From a virus, in the IMG/VR virus record IMGVR_UViG_2907847951_000001, positions 2,430 to 66,429 of that record: 64,000 nucleotides of DNA; one strand, written 5' to 3'. A program made the position numbers and the translations under genes. This document shows, one piece after another, positions 36,269-46,585 of this stretch. Every line of letters begins with the position of its first letter. Position 1 is the first letter of the stretch. The notes beneath the pieces are model-generated. The model saw nothing but the letters and a program-made list of their open reading frames with translations. It made no database searches and was not told where the DNA came from.

Positions 36269-36757
36269 ATGGGACTTCAAAAACAGGTTGGCCTGTACTA
36301 CTCCGGTGCGGTTGAGGGCGATAAGGCCTCTCATAACCCGGTTGTATATCTGCCGAAAAATCCGCTGGCTGAAGGTGCTGTCACTGTCGGCCGCTTCGTG
36401 TTTCGTGGCACTGACCCGGAAACCCAGGTAAAAGCCTCTGGCTCTGTGGTTGCTGGCTTTGTTCAGCGCCTGATCAACTACTACAACTATACCATCACCT
36501 CCAGCGGTACGCTGACCATCCCGACCGAAACCCCGGTCACGGTTGCGGTGAAAGGTGAGTTCTACGCGGCTATCAACCAGTCAGCGACCCCGAACTACGG
36601 CCAGAAAGCATTTGCCTCTACCACAGATGGCAGCATCGCTTACGCCAACGCCGGCGCAACTGTTGCTGGTCACGTAGAGACTGGCTTTGTCGTGAAAGAG
36701 ATTCGCGCTGAAGACGGTCTGGTGCTGATCTCCAACTATTCCCCTGCGCTCGCATAA
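36269..36757 (+). CDS. Head cement/decoration protein
   Basis: Position before the major capsid gene; GRFVF motif. Confidence 0.75.
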   Translation: MGLQKQVGLYYSGAVEGDKASHNPVVYLPKNPLAEGAVTVGRFVFRGTDPETQVKASGSVVAGFVQRLINYYNYTITSSGTLTIPTETPVTVAVKGEFYAAINQSATPNYGQKAFASTTDGSIAYANAGATVAGHVETGFVVKEIRAEDGLVLISNYSPALA

Positions 36758-36830
36758 TTAATTAAATATCCGCCTGCGACTGACACTGCACTAACGCGGT
36801 GGGCTTTGTCGCGCGCGGATGGAGACAAAA

Positions 36831-37850
36831 ATGAATATTACGTTTGAACAAGCGAAGCGTTATGGCTTTGATTTCGGTCGTAACGCCCGCCAGTGGATTA
36901 CTGCGGAAAATATGCCGCAAATCCTGCAGGATGCCGCGCTGATCACCCAGGCTAACACCACCGTCCCGGCTGAACTGCTGGCATACATCGACCCGACCGT
37001 TATCGAGATTATGACCGCGCCTCGTAACGCTCGCGAATTGTATGCAGAAGAAAAACGCGGCGACTGGACGACTCCGTATTTCAAATGGCGTGCAGATGAA
37101 GTGACTGGCAACACCGCCGCTTATTCTGACTTCGGCCAGTTTGGCGTATCCGGCGTCAACAGCGAATGGCATACCCGCGAGCAATACCGCTTCCAGACCA
37201 TCATCGAATACGGCGATCTGGAGCAGGATATGGCGGCGCAGGCGAAAATCAACCTGGCTTCTGCCAAGCAGCGCGCAGCGGCGACCACCATCGATATCGA
37301 CGCCAACAAATTCTACCTGCTCGGTGTAGAGGGCAAAGAAATCTATGGCGTGCTGAACGACCCGAACCTGCCGGCTGCAGTGACCCCGATTTCAGTCGGC
37401 GGCCAGACTGCATGGGCATCTAAAGACGCGATTGCTCGCTACAACGACGTCATCAAACTGTTTACCACGCTGGTTAACCAGTTAAACGGTCTGGTTGATG
37501 AGAAGTCGAAGCTGAAAATCGTCATGTCTCCGGGTACCCGCTCTCTGCTGGCAGCACCTACCAGCCTGGGTCTGACCACCATGAAGATGCTGGAAGATTA
37601 TTTCCCGAACGCTGAGTTCGTATCACTGCCGCAACTTGGCGCAGCATACGCGCCGGCCGCATCTGAAACTCTGATGATTATCGCGCCGGAAGTGTTGGGT
37701 AATGAAACCGGCCTGCTGGGCTTCGGTGAGAAAATCCGCATGGGTCGCGTAGTGCCTTCTCTGTCCTCCTTTGCACAGAAAGTCACTGGCACCACATACG
37801 GTGGCGTCATCCGGGTTCCCGCAGCTGTCGCTCAGATGACTGGTATCTAA
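36831..37850 (+). CDS. Major capsid protein (DUF2184 type)
   Basis: YIDP.VIE, GDW, YG.LNDPNL, MTGI C-terminus. Confidence 0.9.
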   Translation: MNITFEQAKRYGFDFGRNARQWITAENMPQILQDAALITQANTTVPAELLAYIDPTVIEIMTAPRNARELYAEEKRGDWTTPYFKWRADEVTGNTAAYSDFGQFGVSGVNSEWHTREQYRFQTIIEYGDLEQDMAAQAKINLASAKQRAAATTIDIDANKFYLLGVEGKEIYGVLNDPNLPAAVTPISVGGQTAWASKDAIARYNDVIKLFTTLVNQLNGLVDEKSKLKIVMSPGTRSLLAAPTSLGLTTMKMLEDYFPNAEFVSLPQLGAAYAPAASETLMIIAPEVLGNETGLLGFGEKIRMGRVVPSLSSFAQKVTGTTYGGVIRVPAAVAQMTGI

Positions 37851-37852
37851 CC

Positions 37853-38281
37853 ATGGCTCGCCCTCGCAAAACCACAGCCTCTCCGGAGGCTGTTTCAACT
37901 CCTGAAGGAAATACTATGTCTGGCTCTATTCACGTTCGCCTGAAACACCCACATGGACTCATCTTTGACCTGAAGAACGATAAGAAAGTCTCTCTGAAAG
38001 GTTCCGACTTCCATCTGCGCGGCCTGGAAAAAGGTGTGCTCACCTGCGGATTCGGATCCACCACTGTTGATGCCGCTGAATGGGAAGAGGTTCTGGTGAC
38101 GTATCCATCGCTGGTAGCCGACATGGTTCGAAAAGGCACGCTCATTCATGAGAAAGATGCCGCAAGCGCTGATGCGAACGCCAGTGAGAAAAAAGGCGTT
38201 AAGCACGGTCGCGAGCCGGTCGATGTCAAAAATGACAAGACCATTAAAACTCAGGAAGTTCCGGCCAGCGAGGCAGCATAA
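37853..38281 (+). CDS. Virion-associated hypothetical protein
   Basis: Between major capsid and adaptor genes. Confidence 0.7.
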   Translation: MARPRKTTASPEAVSTPEGNTMSGSIHVRLKHPHGLIFDLKNDKKVSLKGSDFHLRGLEKGVLTCGFGSTTVDAAEWEEVLVTYPSLVADMVRKGTLIHEKDAASADANASEKKGVKHGREPVDVKNDKTIKTQEVPASEAA

Positions 38282-38694
38282 TGGCGATCGTCACTTTCGA
38301 CAGTGGCGAGTTCCTTTCCATTTACCCGCGATTCTCCGGTGTTCTCACGCCAGCGCAATTACAGAACGCATTTGATGTGGCCTGCCTTGTGCTGGATAAC
38401 ACTGAGTCGTCTGTAGTTCCCTATGACCCTACAAATGGCATCAATGACCGCAAGACATTGCTCTATGCGCTCACGTGCCATATCGCCTCTATGGCGCTCT
38501 GGGGGAATGGTCAGGCTGGCCCTGCATCAGGAGCGACAGAGGGTAGTGTGAGCGTCTCGTTTGCTGTCCCTGATGTAACAAACGCCTCATGGTTCAAGAT
38601 GACACCATGCGGTCAGTTGTTCTGGCAGGCGACCAGGAAATACGTTGTTGGTGGTCGATATTACCCGCGGCGCTACGTTCACCCATGGGGATGA
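38281..38694 (+). CDS. Head-tail adaptor (DUF4054)
   Basis: F...YP.F, EGSVSVSF, W...T.CG..FW motifs. Confidence 0.85.
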   Translation: MAIVTFDSGEFLSIYPRFSGVLTPAQLQNAFDVACLVLDNTESSVVPYDPTNGINDRKTLLYALTCHIASMALWGNGQAGPASGATEGSVSVSFAVPDVTNASWFKMTPCGQLFWQATRKYVVGGRYYPRRYVHPWG

Positions 38695-38697
38695 GTT

Positions 38698-39183
38698 ATG
38701 GCATCGATATCAGGTGGCGACAAAATCAACCAGGTGCTGGCTGACATGCTCAAGGGTGCAGAAATTCGCATGAATGTTGGCATCCTTGCTGGCTCGACCA
38801 ATGAAGATACCGGCGAGCCTATAGCGCCATATGCTGCTGCTAACGAATTCGGCACTAAAACTATCCCGGCCAGGCCGTTCATGCGCAATACGGCTGCAGA
38901 CAAAACCTCTGAGTGGGCTGATGTTGCCGCAAAGGCAATGAAGGGGCAGGCGCAGAATGCTGATGGTTTCAGAAACGCCTTCACCATTCTTGGCATGACT
39001 GCTGCTCAGGATATCAAGGACACCATTGAGCATTCGGTTCCGCCTCCTAACGCGCAATCAACGATTGATGCTAAGCGCAGGAAGGGGAGAGCCATGCCTG
39101 AGATGACGCTGGTAGATTCTGGCAGCATGCAGCGCGCGGTTGATTTCGAGATTATAGAAGGTAACGACAATGAACCTGCATAA
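38698..39183 (+). CDS. Neck/virion morphogenesis protein
   Basis: NEFGT..IPARPFMR and PPNA.STI motifs. Confidence 0.8.
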   Translation: MASISGGDKINQVLADMLKGAEIRMNVGILAGSTNEDTGEPIAPYAAANEFGTKTIPARPFMRNTAADKTSEWADVAAKAMKGQAQNADGFRNAFTILGMTAAQDIKDTIEHSVPPPNAQSTIDAKRRKGRAMPEMTLVDSGSMQRAVDFEIIEGNDNEPA

Positions 39184-39535
39184 CCTCGTATCAGGCCTCA
39201 TAGACACCGTAAACCCATTCATTGACGTACAGATGAAAGTCTTTGTCAGTGAGTCAGAAGATGACAGCGGGAAGATGGTTAAGGTCTATGCCGAGTCTAC
39301 CGTTAACGGTCAGCTTCAGGCTCTGTCCAATGACGACCTGCGACACGTCGATAATCTCAACCTCACCGGCATCGTCAAAAAGTTCTACGTCAACGGCTCC
39401 TTCAATGGCATTAACCGCCCACGGAAAACAGGTGGCGACTTCCTGATAATTGGTGGTGAAACATGGATGATCCGCCAGGTTCTGGAAGAGTGGCCCGACT
39501 GGTGCTCATTCGTAATTCAACTGCAGGTAACCTAA
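39170..39535 (+). CDS. Head closure protein
   Basis: MNLHNLV...GGD...W....VLE.WPDW motif. Confidence 0.75.
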   Translation: MNLHNLVSGLIDTVNPFIDVQMKVFVSESEDDSGKMVKVYAESTVNGQLQALSNDDLRHVDNLNLTGIVKKFYVNGSFNGINRPRKTGGDFLIIGGETWMIRQVLEEWPDWCSFVIQLQVT

Positions 39536-40102
39536 ATGGCGGCATCCATCACGCCGCTGATGGATGGTTTGTTTCTGTCTCTGCGGGCATTCCTGAAGGC
39601 TCACCTGACCCTTTCGGCCTGCAGGCAATCGCAGCAAAACAACACTGAGATGCCGGATGGTAATTACGTCATTATGACGCCCCTCGGCATTGACGGGCTA
39701 TCAACAAACTCCATCAGCTACCAGTACACAACCGGCGCAGATTCAGGAACAGAAACGCATAAACGAACGGCCATCTGGCGCTGTCAGCTGGATTTCTACG
39801 GGGATGCCGCTCAGGACTATGCAAACATCATCTTTACGCTTTCTCGTTCCGATTATGCCTGCCAGTGGTTTCGTGATTTCTCGGAGAGCACATCAAGCGC
39901 TCCGCCGTTAATCACCCCTCTTTACTGCAAAGACCCGATACAGACAACCATGGTGAATGGTGAGGACCAGTGGGAAAACCGCTGGACTTGCGACTTCTAC
40001 GCCCAAATCCCCGTCGACGTGTCGGTAACTCAGTATTTCATGACCAGCGCAAACGTCCGCGCTGATTCTGTAGACGCCAAATTTCCTCCTGAGAGTGCGT
40101 AA
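39536..40102 (+). CDS. Tail terminator/neck protein
   Basis: QLDFYG, PLYC.DP, WENRW motifs; precedes sheath. Confidence 0.75.
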   Translation: MAASITPLMDGLFLSLRAFLKAHLTLSACRQSQQNNTEMPDGNYVIMTPLGIDGLSTNSISYQYTTGADSGTETHKRTAIWRCQLDFYGDAAQDYANIIFTLSRSDYACQWFRDFSESTSSAPPLITPLYCKDPIQTTMVNGEDQWENRWTCDFYAQIPVDVSVTQYFMTSANVRADSVDAKFPPESA

Positions 40103-40104
40103 AC

Positions 40105-41595
40105 ATGGCAATTAGTTTAAGTAACATCATCAAAATCAACCCGGGCGTGCTGTCAGCCACAGGCTCGGCGCTTGACCTTAATGGGTTGATTCTGACTGAC
40201 AGCGAATACGCGCCAAAGGGTGCGCTCCTGTCATTCACTAATTCTGACGATGTCTCCACGTATTTCGGTAGTTCATCTACTGAGTTCTCGATGGCGGACA
40301 TTTATTTCCAGGGATTCAATAACGCCAGCCAGACGCCGGGGCAGTTGTTTTTCTGTCGCTATAACTCAGATGCGATCGGCGCGTTTCTCCGCTCGGCCAG
40401 CCTGGGAGCGCTGACCCTCGCAGAGCTGAAATTGTTGAGCGGCACACTGACACTGACCATCAACGGTACATCGGTCACCACCGCTAATATCAGCCTGTCT
40501 TCTGTTGCGAGCTTCACCGCTGCAGCAACGCAAATTGAAGACGCCATTAATGCCGTTAACTCCGGTGTGCAGGTGACAGTCGTTTGGGATACCACCACCA
40601 AGGCATTCATTATCACCACCGAAACGACTGGTGATGCGGCAACGCTGACATTTTCCTCAGGTACGCTGGCTCCGAGCCTGCTGTTAACTTCTGCCACTGG
40701 CGCAACCCTTTCCCAGGGTGCTGATGCCGACGTTGTCAGCGAACTGATGACCTCGGTTACCGCTCTGACGCAGGACTGGGCTCAGTTCACCACAACCTTT
40801 GTGCCTACTGCAGACCAGGTGACTGCATTCGCGTCATGGGTGAGCGGCGAAGCTTACCGGTACGTGTTCGTGTTGCTGGATGACTCCAATTACTGCCTGC
40901 AGTCAGGCAGCACACAGACGCTGTTCTACCCGGTTAAAACTGCAAATTATGCCGGCGTGTTCCCTGTATACGGTGATGTCAGTAAAACCGCCTCTGCTCT
41001 TGGGTACGGCGCAAGCCTGAACTTTAATCAGCAGAATGGCCGTCTGCCGATCGCCTTCCGGGTGCTGAATGGCCTCCTGGCTGACGTAACCACCAACTCC
41101 GATTATTCGGCGCTGATTACCAACGGCTACAGCTTCTACGGCACGTATGGTGCGAATAACTACACGCAGAATATGTGGTACAACGGCGCTATCTCCGGCG
41201 ATTACAAATGGCTGGATGCTCAGTTAGGTCAGATTTGGCTTAACGCAAATCTCCAGAAAGCCATTATGACGCTGTTTACGTCCAACACGTACATTCCGTA
41301 CAACGCGCAAGGTAAAGCGCTCATTGAGGGCTGCATGACAGCCACAATCGAGCAATTCAAGACCTGGGGTGGCTGCTCGGTAGGAACAGACCTGGATGCA
41401 TCGCAGATTCTGGCAATCAAAAACATTGTCGGCTCTGATATCAGCTCCTCTCTGACCTCTGCCGGCTACTACATCTACGTCGCGCCGTTCAACGCAGCAA
41501 TGCGCGCTAACCGAACTACGCCAACCGTATACCTCTGGTATTGCGATGGCGGCGTCATTCAGAAACTTACTGTGAATTCCGTGGAGGTACAGTGA
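40105..41595 (+). CDS. Tail sheath protein (DUF3383)
   Basis: PGVL..G, YFG..S.E, QIWLN..LQ, WY.DGG.IQ motifs. Confidence 0.88.
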   Translation: MAISLSNIIKINPGVLSATGSALDLNGLILTDSEYAPKGALLSFTNSDDVSTYFGSSSTEFSMADIYFQGFNNASQTPGQLFFCRYNSDAIGAFLRSASLGALTLAELKLLSGTLTLTINGTSVTTANISLSSVASFTAAATQIEDAINAVNSGVQVTVVWDTTTKAFIITTETTGDAATLTFSSGTLAPSLLLTSATGATLSQGADADVVSELMTSVTALTQDWAQFTTTFVPTADQVTAFASWVSGEAYRYVFVLLDDSNYCLQSGSTQTLFYPVKTANYAGVFPVYGDVSKTASALGYGASLNFNQQNGRLPIAFRVLNGLLADVTTNSDYSALITNGYSFYGTYGANNYTQNMWYNGAISGDYKWLDAQLGQIWLNANLQKAIMTLFTSNTYIPYNAQGKALIEGCMTATIEQFKTWGGCSVGTDLDASQILAIKNIVGSDISSSLTSAGYYIYVAPFNAAMRANRTTPTVYLWYCDGGVIQKLTVNSVEVQ

Positions 41596-42035
41596 TGTCT
41601 AATTCATTAACTTCTGCTGACTGCACAATCATTCTGACGGTCACCAACCTGTATACCAGTGGCTTTAACCTGGAGCAGTTCGAAGCGCAGAACATCTTTG
41701 AGCAGGGCGACACTGAGCTGGCGGAAACCATCCGTACTGCAGACGGTAAGCTGACTGGCGGCTTTGTGTTTGGCGACCTGCCGTGGACCTTCCACCTGCT
41801 GCCTGATTCGCCAAGCCGGAGCTATATAGATACCTGGTTTCAAACCCAGCGTACATCGAAAGCGATTTTCCGCTGTAACGGGACGGTCTATCTGCCGTCA
41901 CTGAGCCGGAAATACACGATGACAAACGGCATTTTCAAAAGCTGGAAAGCCGTCCCTTCTGCTGGCCGTATCCTGCAGCCAATGGCAGGTCTGATTGAGT
42001 GGGAAAACATCGTTGGCTCTGATTACACCGCATAA
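41595..42035 (+). CDS. Tail tube protein
   Basis: Follows sheath; DGKL..GFV and L..DSPS motifs. Confidence 0.8.
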   Translation: MSNSLTSADCTIILTVTNLYTSGFNLEQFEAQNIFEQGDTELAETIRTADGKLTGGFVFGDLPWTFHLLPDSPSRSYIDTWFQTQRTSKAIFRCNGTVYLPSLSRKYTMTNGIFKSWKAVPSAGRILQPMAGLIEWENIVGSDYTA

Positions 42036-42042
42036 CACAAAC

Positions 42043-42069
42043 AGCCCCGTCACCTGATGGGGCTTTTTT
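42043..42069 (+). terminator. Intrinsic terminator
   Basis: AGCCCCGTC-ACCT-GATGGGGCT TTTTT. Confidence 0.7.
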
Positions 42070-42079
42070 ATCTGCAGTA

Positions 42080-42209
42080 AGCGCACTCACCCGCGCATTC
42101 AAACCAAGAACCTTTCAGAAAGCGAATCTGAGAACTGCCGTTAGTGCCGGTGGGCCTCTTGGGGCGGCTTTTCTGTGTGAGCAGGTTCGCTTTTTAAAAG
42201 GCAAAACAC
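42080..42209 (+). promoter_or_regulatory. Structured leader of Rha gene (copy 2)
   Basis: Outer stem covers the AAGG SD; homologous to 26705..26836. Confidence 0.6.
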
Positions 42210-42758
42210 ATGACTAAATTGCAGGCAACTAATGAATTTGATTTTCGCCATCTTGTTACTGCAGCAAATGGCGAGCCGGTGACAGATACATTCCAGATCG
42301 CAAAGGCGTTTGGCAAACGCCATCAGCATGTAATCAGGGCGATTAAAAACCTCAAGTGCTCCCGGGAATTCTCGACGGCCCATTTTTGGGCTGCCGAGAA
42401 AATCAATGACTTAGGTATTTTTGATAAGACGCAAACCTATTACAGGATGGATTTTAGTGGGTTTGTCATGCTGGTTATGGGGTTCACTGGCGAGAAGGCC
42501 GACGCTGTTAAAGAAGCCTATATCAACGCATTTAACTGGATGACAGCCGAACTACGCAGGTACAGCGAGAGCTATGAGGCAGAGCGCAACGCCGTAATGC
42601 TGGAGTACATGAAAGAAAAGGATGTTGCCAGCATGTCAGGCCGCCTGTTGCGTCGATGGGGAAAAGAGAAGAAGCCGCAGTTGCTTTCCCGTATCGAAAA
42701 GCTCGACCAGCAAGGCCAGATTACTTTACCCGGATTCGTTAATGCGATCGCAAAGTAA
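42210..42758 (+). CDS. Rha family regulatory protein (moron)
   Basis: IAKAFGKRHQHVIRAI, GF..LVMGFTGEKA..KEAYINAFN.M motifs. Confidence 0.9.
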   Translation: MTKLQATNEFDFRHLVTAANGEPVTDTFQIAKAFGKRHQHVIRAIKNLKCSREFSTAHFWAAEKINDLGIFDKTQTYYRMDFSGFVMLVMGFTGEKADAVKEAYINAFNWMTAELRRYSESYEAERNAVMLEYMKEKDVASMSGRLLRRWGKEKKPQLLSRIEKLDQQGQITLPGFVNAIAK

Positions 42759-42830
42759 TCACCGCCAAATTACAACAGCCCACTCAGGTGGGCTTTTTTA
42801 TGCGCAGTCAAAATAAACTCAGGAACAAAA

Positions 42831-43289
42831 ATGAGCCGCAAGAATATTGATTTCACCATTGATGCGAACAATCGCGACAAAGGGAAGACCTTCCGCATTA
42901 CTGAAATGTCAGCCACGGATGCAGAGATGTGGGCAACAGACCTCGCATGCGCCCTGATTGGCAGCGGCGTTGATGTGCCGAACAGTGTTACAAACTTCCT
43001 CGCTAAAGCGTCATCTGACACTGAAAGCGAAGAAATCCGCGACTCGGTTATGGCATCCGGCATGATCGGCCTGGCGAAATACGGCATCACTGCGCTATCC
43101 AAGGTTGACCGCGACGAGCGCGTTCGTCTGTCGAATGAGCTCATGCGATGCGTGCAGTTTGTGGCCGCACCAAATGCAGTTATCCCGCTGTCACCAGAAA
43201 TCCACATCGAAGAACCAAGCACGCTATTCCGCCTCAAGGTCGAAGCTCTGAAACTTCACCTGTCTTTCTTGAACGCCATCGCAGACTAG
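42831..43289 (+). CDS. Tail assembly chaperone
   Basis: RDKGKTFRITEMSA and IEE..TL..L motifs; before tape measure. Confidence 0.8.
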   Translation: MSRKNIDFTIDANNRDKGKTFRITEMSATDAEMWATDLACALIGSGVDVPNSVTNFLAKASSDTESEEIRDSVMASGMIGLAKYGITALSKVDRDERVRLSNELMRCVQFVAAPNAVIPLSPEIHIEEPSTLFRLKVEALKLHLSFLNAIAD

Positions 43290-43303
43290 ACCTGCCGCCA
43301 GAG

Positions 43304-43504
43304 ATGCCTGAAGACGCGCGCGGGCTCATACAGTACGAGAACGTTCCTAGAACTATTGCGGCGGTTGTTTCCGGGAAGTTGGCGACTCTTCATGAGCTGA
43401 GCACTGTCTACAGTGTGCAGGATATGTGGTGGCTGCTTGAAATTCGCAGGGTAGACAATCACAACAAATCGGTAATGAGTAAACCACATGGCTCAAGTAA
43501 TTGA
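43304..43504 (+). CDS. Second tail chaperone ORF (possible -1 frameshift extension)
   Basis: NVPRTIAAV...LATLHEL.TVY.V.D motif in the -1 frame relative to the upstream gene. Confidence 0.65.
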   Translation: MPEDARGLIQYENVPRTIAAVVSGKLATLHELSTVYSVQDMWWLLEIRRVDNHNKSVMSKPHGSSN

Positions 43505-45443
43505 CGCGCTGCTTATCACCTTTGGTATCGACACCAGAGAGTTTGATAAGGCCCGGCAGAAAATCGACGACGGGACGAAAAATCTTCGCGAGACATCAAA
43601 GAAAAACGCCGATTACATGGAATCCCAGGGCAAGAGAGCTGCAGGGTTCTTCTCAAGCATAAAGAACGAGATGCTGGCACTGGCCGGTGTAAGCCTGACG
43701 TTTGGTGGAACGCTTGGCTTCGTTAAAGGAATGACGAATGACCTTCAGGCGCTTTCTAATCAGGCTACGGTTTTAAGGTCTTCGGCAAAAGAGCTTGATG
43801 GCTTTGGTCGCGCCGCTGAGGCGGCTGGATCCAGCGTGCAATCTATGCTGGGTTCGCTATCTGCTGTTAATGACAAGATGATGGCAGCCAGGCAAGGTCG
43901 TCCTGACTCAGGGTTTATGGGAGCTTTACAGATGCTAAGTCAGGATACTGGTATAAACCTATCCCGGTTTATGCAGGACCCTAACGTCACATCACAAGAG
44001 CTATCAAAGCAGATCCTTGAAGCAATTAGGAAAGACCCAAACAAAGACCGCGCCAGGATGGCTGGGCGCACAATTGGTTTTGATGATGCCATCATAAATA
44101 GCGCCAATTCAGGCCAACTGTTACGCAATATTGACAGATTCACTGCATCATCTGGCATTACTGACAGAAATACTAAAGCAGCAAAAGAGTTCAATGAACA
44201 GTGGACAATTCTTGCGCAAAATTTTGATGCCTTCAAAAACCAACTCTACTCAGGCCTTATTCCTTATGTTAAGCAGTTCAGCAACTACCTGAATGATATT
44301 TCGGTATGGATGCGAACTCATCCTAAGGAAATCAAAGACAGTTTCGATGCTATCTTTTCGTCTGTGAAAAGCCTCGCCTTGATAGCAAATGATGCCGCCA
44401 AGCAGGTCGGAGGATGGACGACAGCCTTAGAAATTTTAATAGGTCTCAAGGTTGCATCATGGGTTTATGGAGTAACAAAATCATTCTCAGGGTTATTTGC
44501 CCTGGTGCCCCCCCCCTGGCTTATTGCTGCCGCGGCTATTGGTACAGGCGCAAAGGCAGTCAGCAATATTTCTGATGCCGCCACAAAAGCAGACAACACA
44601 AGCTCCTTGTGGGAGTCAATAAAACAGCGATGGAACGCCGGCGGCTGGTACAACAATAAAAAAGTAAATGAGAACAAAAGCCCAGAGGACAGGAGAAGAG
44701 ATCAGGATGAAAAGTCGTATTGGGAAACGACCAAACAATACCTAGGTAAGATAGCTGATTTCTTTGTTTCTCCTGCGGGAGCCGCAGAATTATCCCCACA
44801 TCTTCAAGGCTATCAGCCTAATGTTCCGCTAAACGCTACAGCAGCAAGGCTTGGCCCAAAAGGAAAGGCGCTATTAAACGCTATGGCTGGCGAGTTCGGA
44901 TTGCTTGAAGGGAAATATGGCCTTCCTGCCGGGCTTCTCCGTGGTGTGGCTGCAACAGAATCTGGCGGCGACCCGTATGCAGTATCAAAAGATGGTGCCA
45001 AAGGGTTATTCCAGTTTATGCCAGGTACCGCAAAGGATATGGGGCTAAAGGGTGGTGATGTCTACGACCCTAAAAAATCAGCAGAAGCTGCGGCAAAATA
45101 TCTGCACTATTTGATAATGGCTACTGGCGACACGCAATCAGCTCTGCAGGCATATAACTGGGGGTTAGGAAATCTACAGAAAAAAGGTATGCAAAATGCG
45201 CCTAAAGAGACGAAAGAATATTACGACAAAGTTATGGCTAACATGAAGGCCGGAGCGGGGATGGCTATTGATAGCGTTTCTCCGCACAGGGTAAATGCCA
45301 GCGGAGAGCCAAATTTCAATATTCAAACACTGAATATCTCATCGCCGGCAACAAGCGTCGGTAAGCTCTCCCAAGACATGAGCAGAACAGCAAAAAATCG
45401 TGCGACGCTAATTGGATACGACAGCGGCCAGTCAGGAGGCTAA
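43488..45443 (+). CDS. Tape measure protein with lytic transglycosylase domain
   Basis: Helical N-part; TESGG...GAKGLFQFMP.TA...AYNWG SLT motifs. Confidence 0.9.
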   Translation: MAQVIDALLITFGIDTREFDKARQKIDDGTKNLRETSKKNADYMESQGKRAAGFFSSIKNEMLALAGVSLTFGGTLGFVKGMTNDLQALSNQATVLRSSAKELDGFGRAAEAAGSSVQSMLGSLSAVNDKMMAARQGRPDSGFMGALQMLSQDTGINLSRFMQDPNVTSQELSKQILEAIRKDPNKDRARMAGRTIGFDDAIINSANSGQLLRNIDRFTASSGITDRNTKAAKEFNEQWTILAQNFDAFKNQLYSGLIPYVKQFSNYLNDISVWMRTHPKEIKDSFDAIFSSVKSLALIANDAAKQVGGWTTALEILIGLKVASWVYGVTKSFSGLFALVPPPWLIAAAAIGTGAKAVSNISDAATKADNTSSLWESIKQRWNAGGWYNNKKVNENKSPEDRRRDQDEKSYWETTKQYLGKIADFFVSPAGAAELSPHLQGYQPNVPLNATAARLGPKGKALLNAMAGEFGLLEGKYGLPAGLLRGVAATESGGDPYAVSKDGAKGLFQFMPGTAKDMGLKGGDVYDPKKSAEAAAKYLHYLIMATGDTQSALQAYNWGLGNLQKKGMQNAPKETKEYYDKVMANMKAGAGMAIDSVSPHRVNASGEPNFNIQTLNISSPATSVGKLSQDMSRTAKNRATLIGYDSGQSGG

Positions 45444-46280
45444 ATGTTCTCACTGAACGAAACAACCCTGCTGTCAGCCATAAACTCTGGCAGCATTTTT
45501 TCCATTATCAACTCAACGCTATTTCCTTCATGGGGCATCACCTATAATAAAGTCGACGAGACGCTAACTGGTGTTATCCCGGGGATGACCGTGTTTGAGC
45601 CCACAGGCTGGGTTTCTGCAGAGCCAGTAGGTGATGCTGCCATTGTGAACGCCCCGATAGAAAAAGGCTCTTACACTTCATATAACAAGGTCAGGCGGCC
45701 GGCTGAGTTGCGAGTGGTTTTTGTTCTGGAAGGCTGGAGTGCTTACACGGGAGCGCTACCAAACATCACGAACTTCTCTACCCTCAGCAGAACCGGATTG
45801 CTTGGCATTCTGGATACGATGAAAAATACGGCTTGTACGTATGACATCGAGACTCCGGATCGCGTTTATGAAGGTTACGACCTGGCGCACTACGACTACT
45901 CGATAAGCGCGAAAGGCGGCTTAACGCTACTGAAAGTTAGCGCTACATTTCAGCAGGTAATGGATATCGCCGAGGTGTCTTTATCGAGCAACACTACACC
46001 AAACGCTCCATCTGATAACAATTCAGCAAGCGTAAATTCTGCGATTTTGACGACTAACGGACAATCCTCAGTCAAAGATGTAACTCTGACAGATGTTAAG
46101 AATGCCTGGACTAGCGGGAATGTATCGCTTTCAAGTGCCTTGCAAACAACCTCAAGCGCTATCGTATCTGGTGTTAATTCAGCTGCGGCTACGGTTGGTA
46201 ATGCATGGACATCGGGAACTGACCAAGTGTCAACGCAAATAAAAAACGGAATCGGTAAATTCGTTTCGGTGGTGACGTGA
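45444..46280 (+). CDS. Baseplate (Dit-like) protein
   Basis: PIEKGSY.SYNKV..P and YDIETPD motifs. Confidence 0.75.
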   Translation: MFSLNETTLLSAINSGSIFSIINSTLFPSWGITYNKVDETLTGVIPGMTVFEPTGWVSAEPVGDAAIVNAPIEKGSYTSYNKVRRPAELRVVFVLEGWSAYTGALPNITNFSTLSRTGLLGILDTMKNTACTYDIETPDRVYEGYDLAHYDYSISAKGGLTLLKVSATFQQVMDIAEVSLSSNTTPNAPSDNNSASVNSAILTTNGQSSVKDVTLTDVKNAWTSGNVSLSSALQTTSSAIVSGVNSAAATVGNAWTSGTDQVSTQIKNGIGKFVSVVT

Positions 46281-46585
46281 TGCAGGAAATTACACTCAAC
46301 GCGATAAAGTCCCAGCGAGTTACGGTATCTCTTAATAACACCTCCTACACGATAAGGATCCATCAGCGGTCTACCGGCTTATTCCTTGACCTCTATCTCG
46401 GTGACAATGCCATAGCGCAGGGGGTGTTATGCCTGAACTGCAATTGGCTTGTAAGATACGCATATTTAGGCTTCCCTGGCGATCTCGTTTTTGTCGATAC
46501 GAATGGCGCAGCAGACCCTTACTGGGATGAATTGGGTAGCCGTTTTAAGCTCTACTTCCTCACATCTTCAGAGATTTCGTCGTGA
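46277..46585 (+). CDS. Baseplate protein
   Basis: YLGF.GDL.F.DT.G..DP....LG.R..L motif. Confidence 0.75.
   Translation: MMQEITLNAIKSQRVTVSLNNTSYTIRIHQRSTGLFLDLYLGDNAIAQGVLCLNCNWLVRYAYLGFPGDLVFVDTNGAADPYWDELGSRFKLYFLTSSEISS

Noticed and set aside
35471-36334. 287 aa antisense ORF, and similar shadow ORFs such as 4230..4979 and 18061..18657
   Set aside because: They lie opposite well-supported genes, lack recognisable motifs and are explained by codon bias
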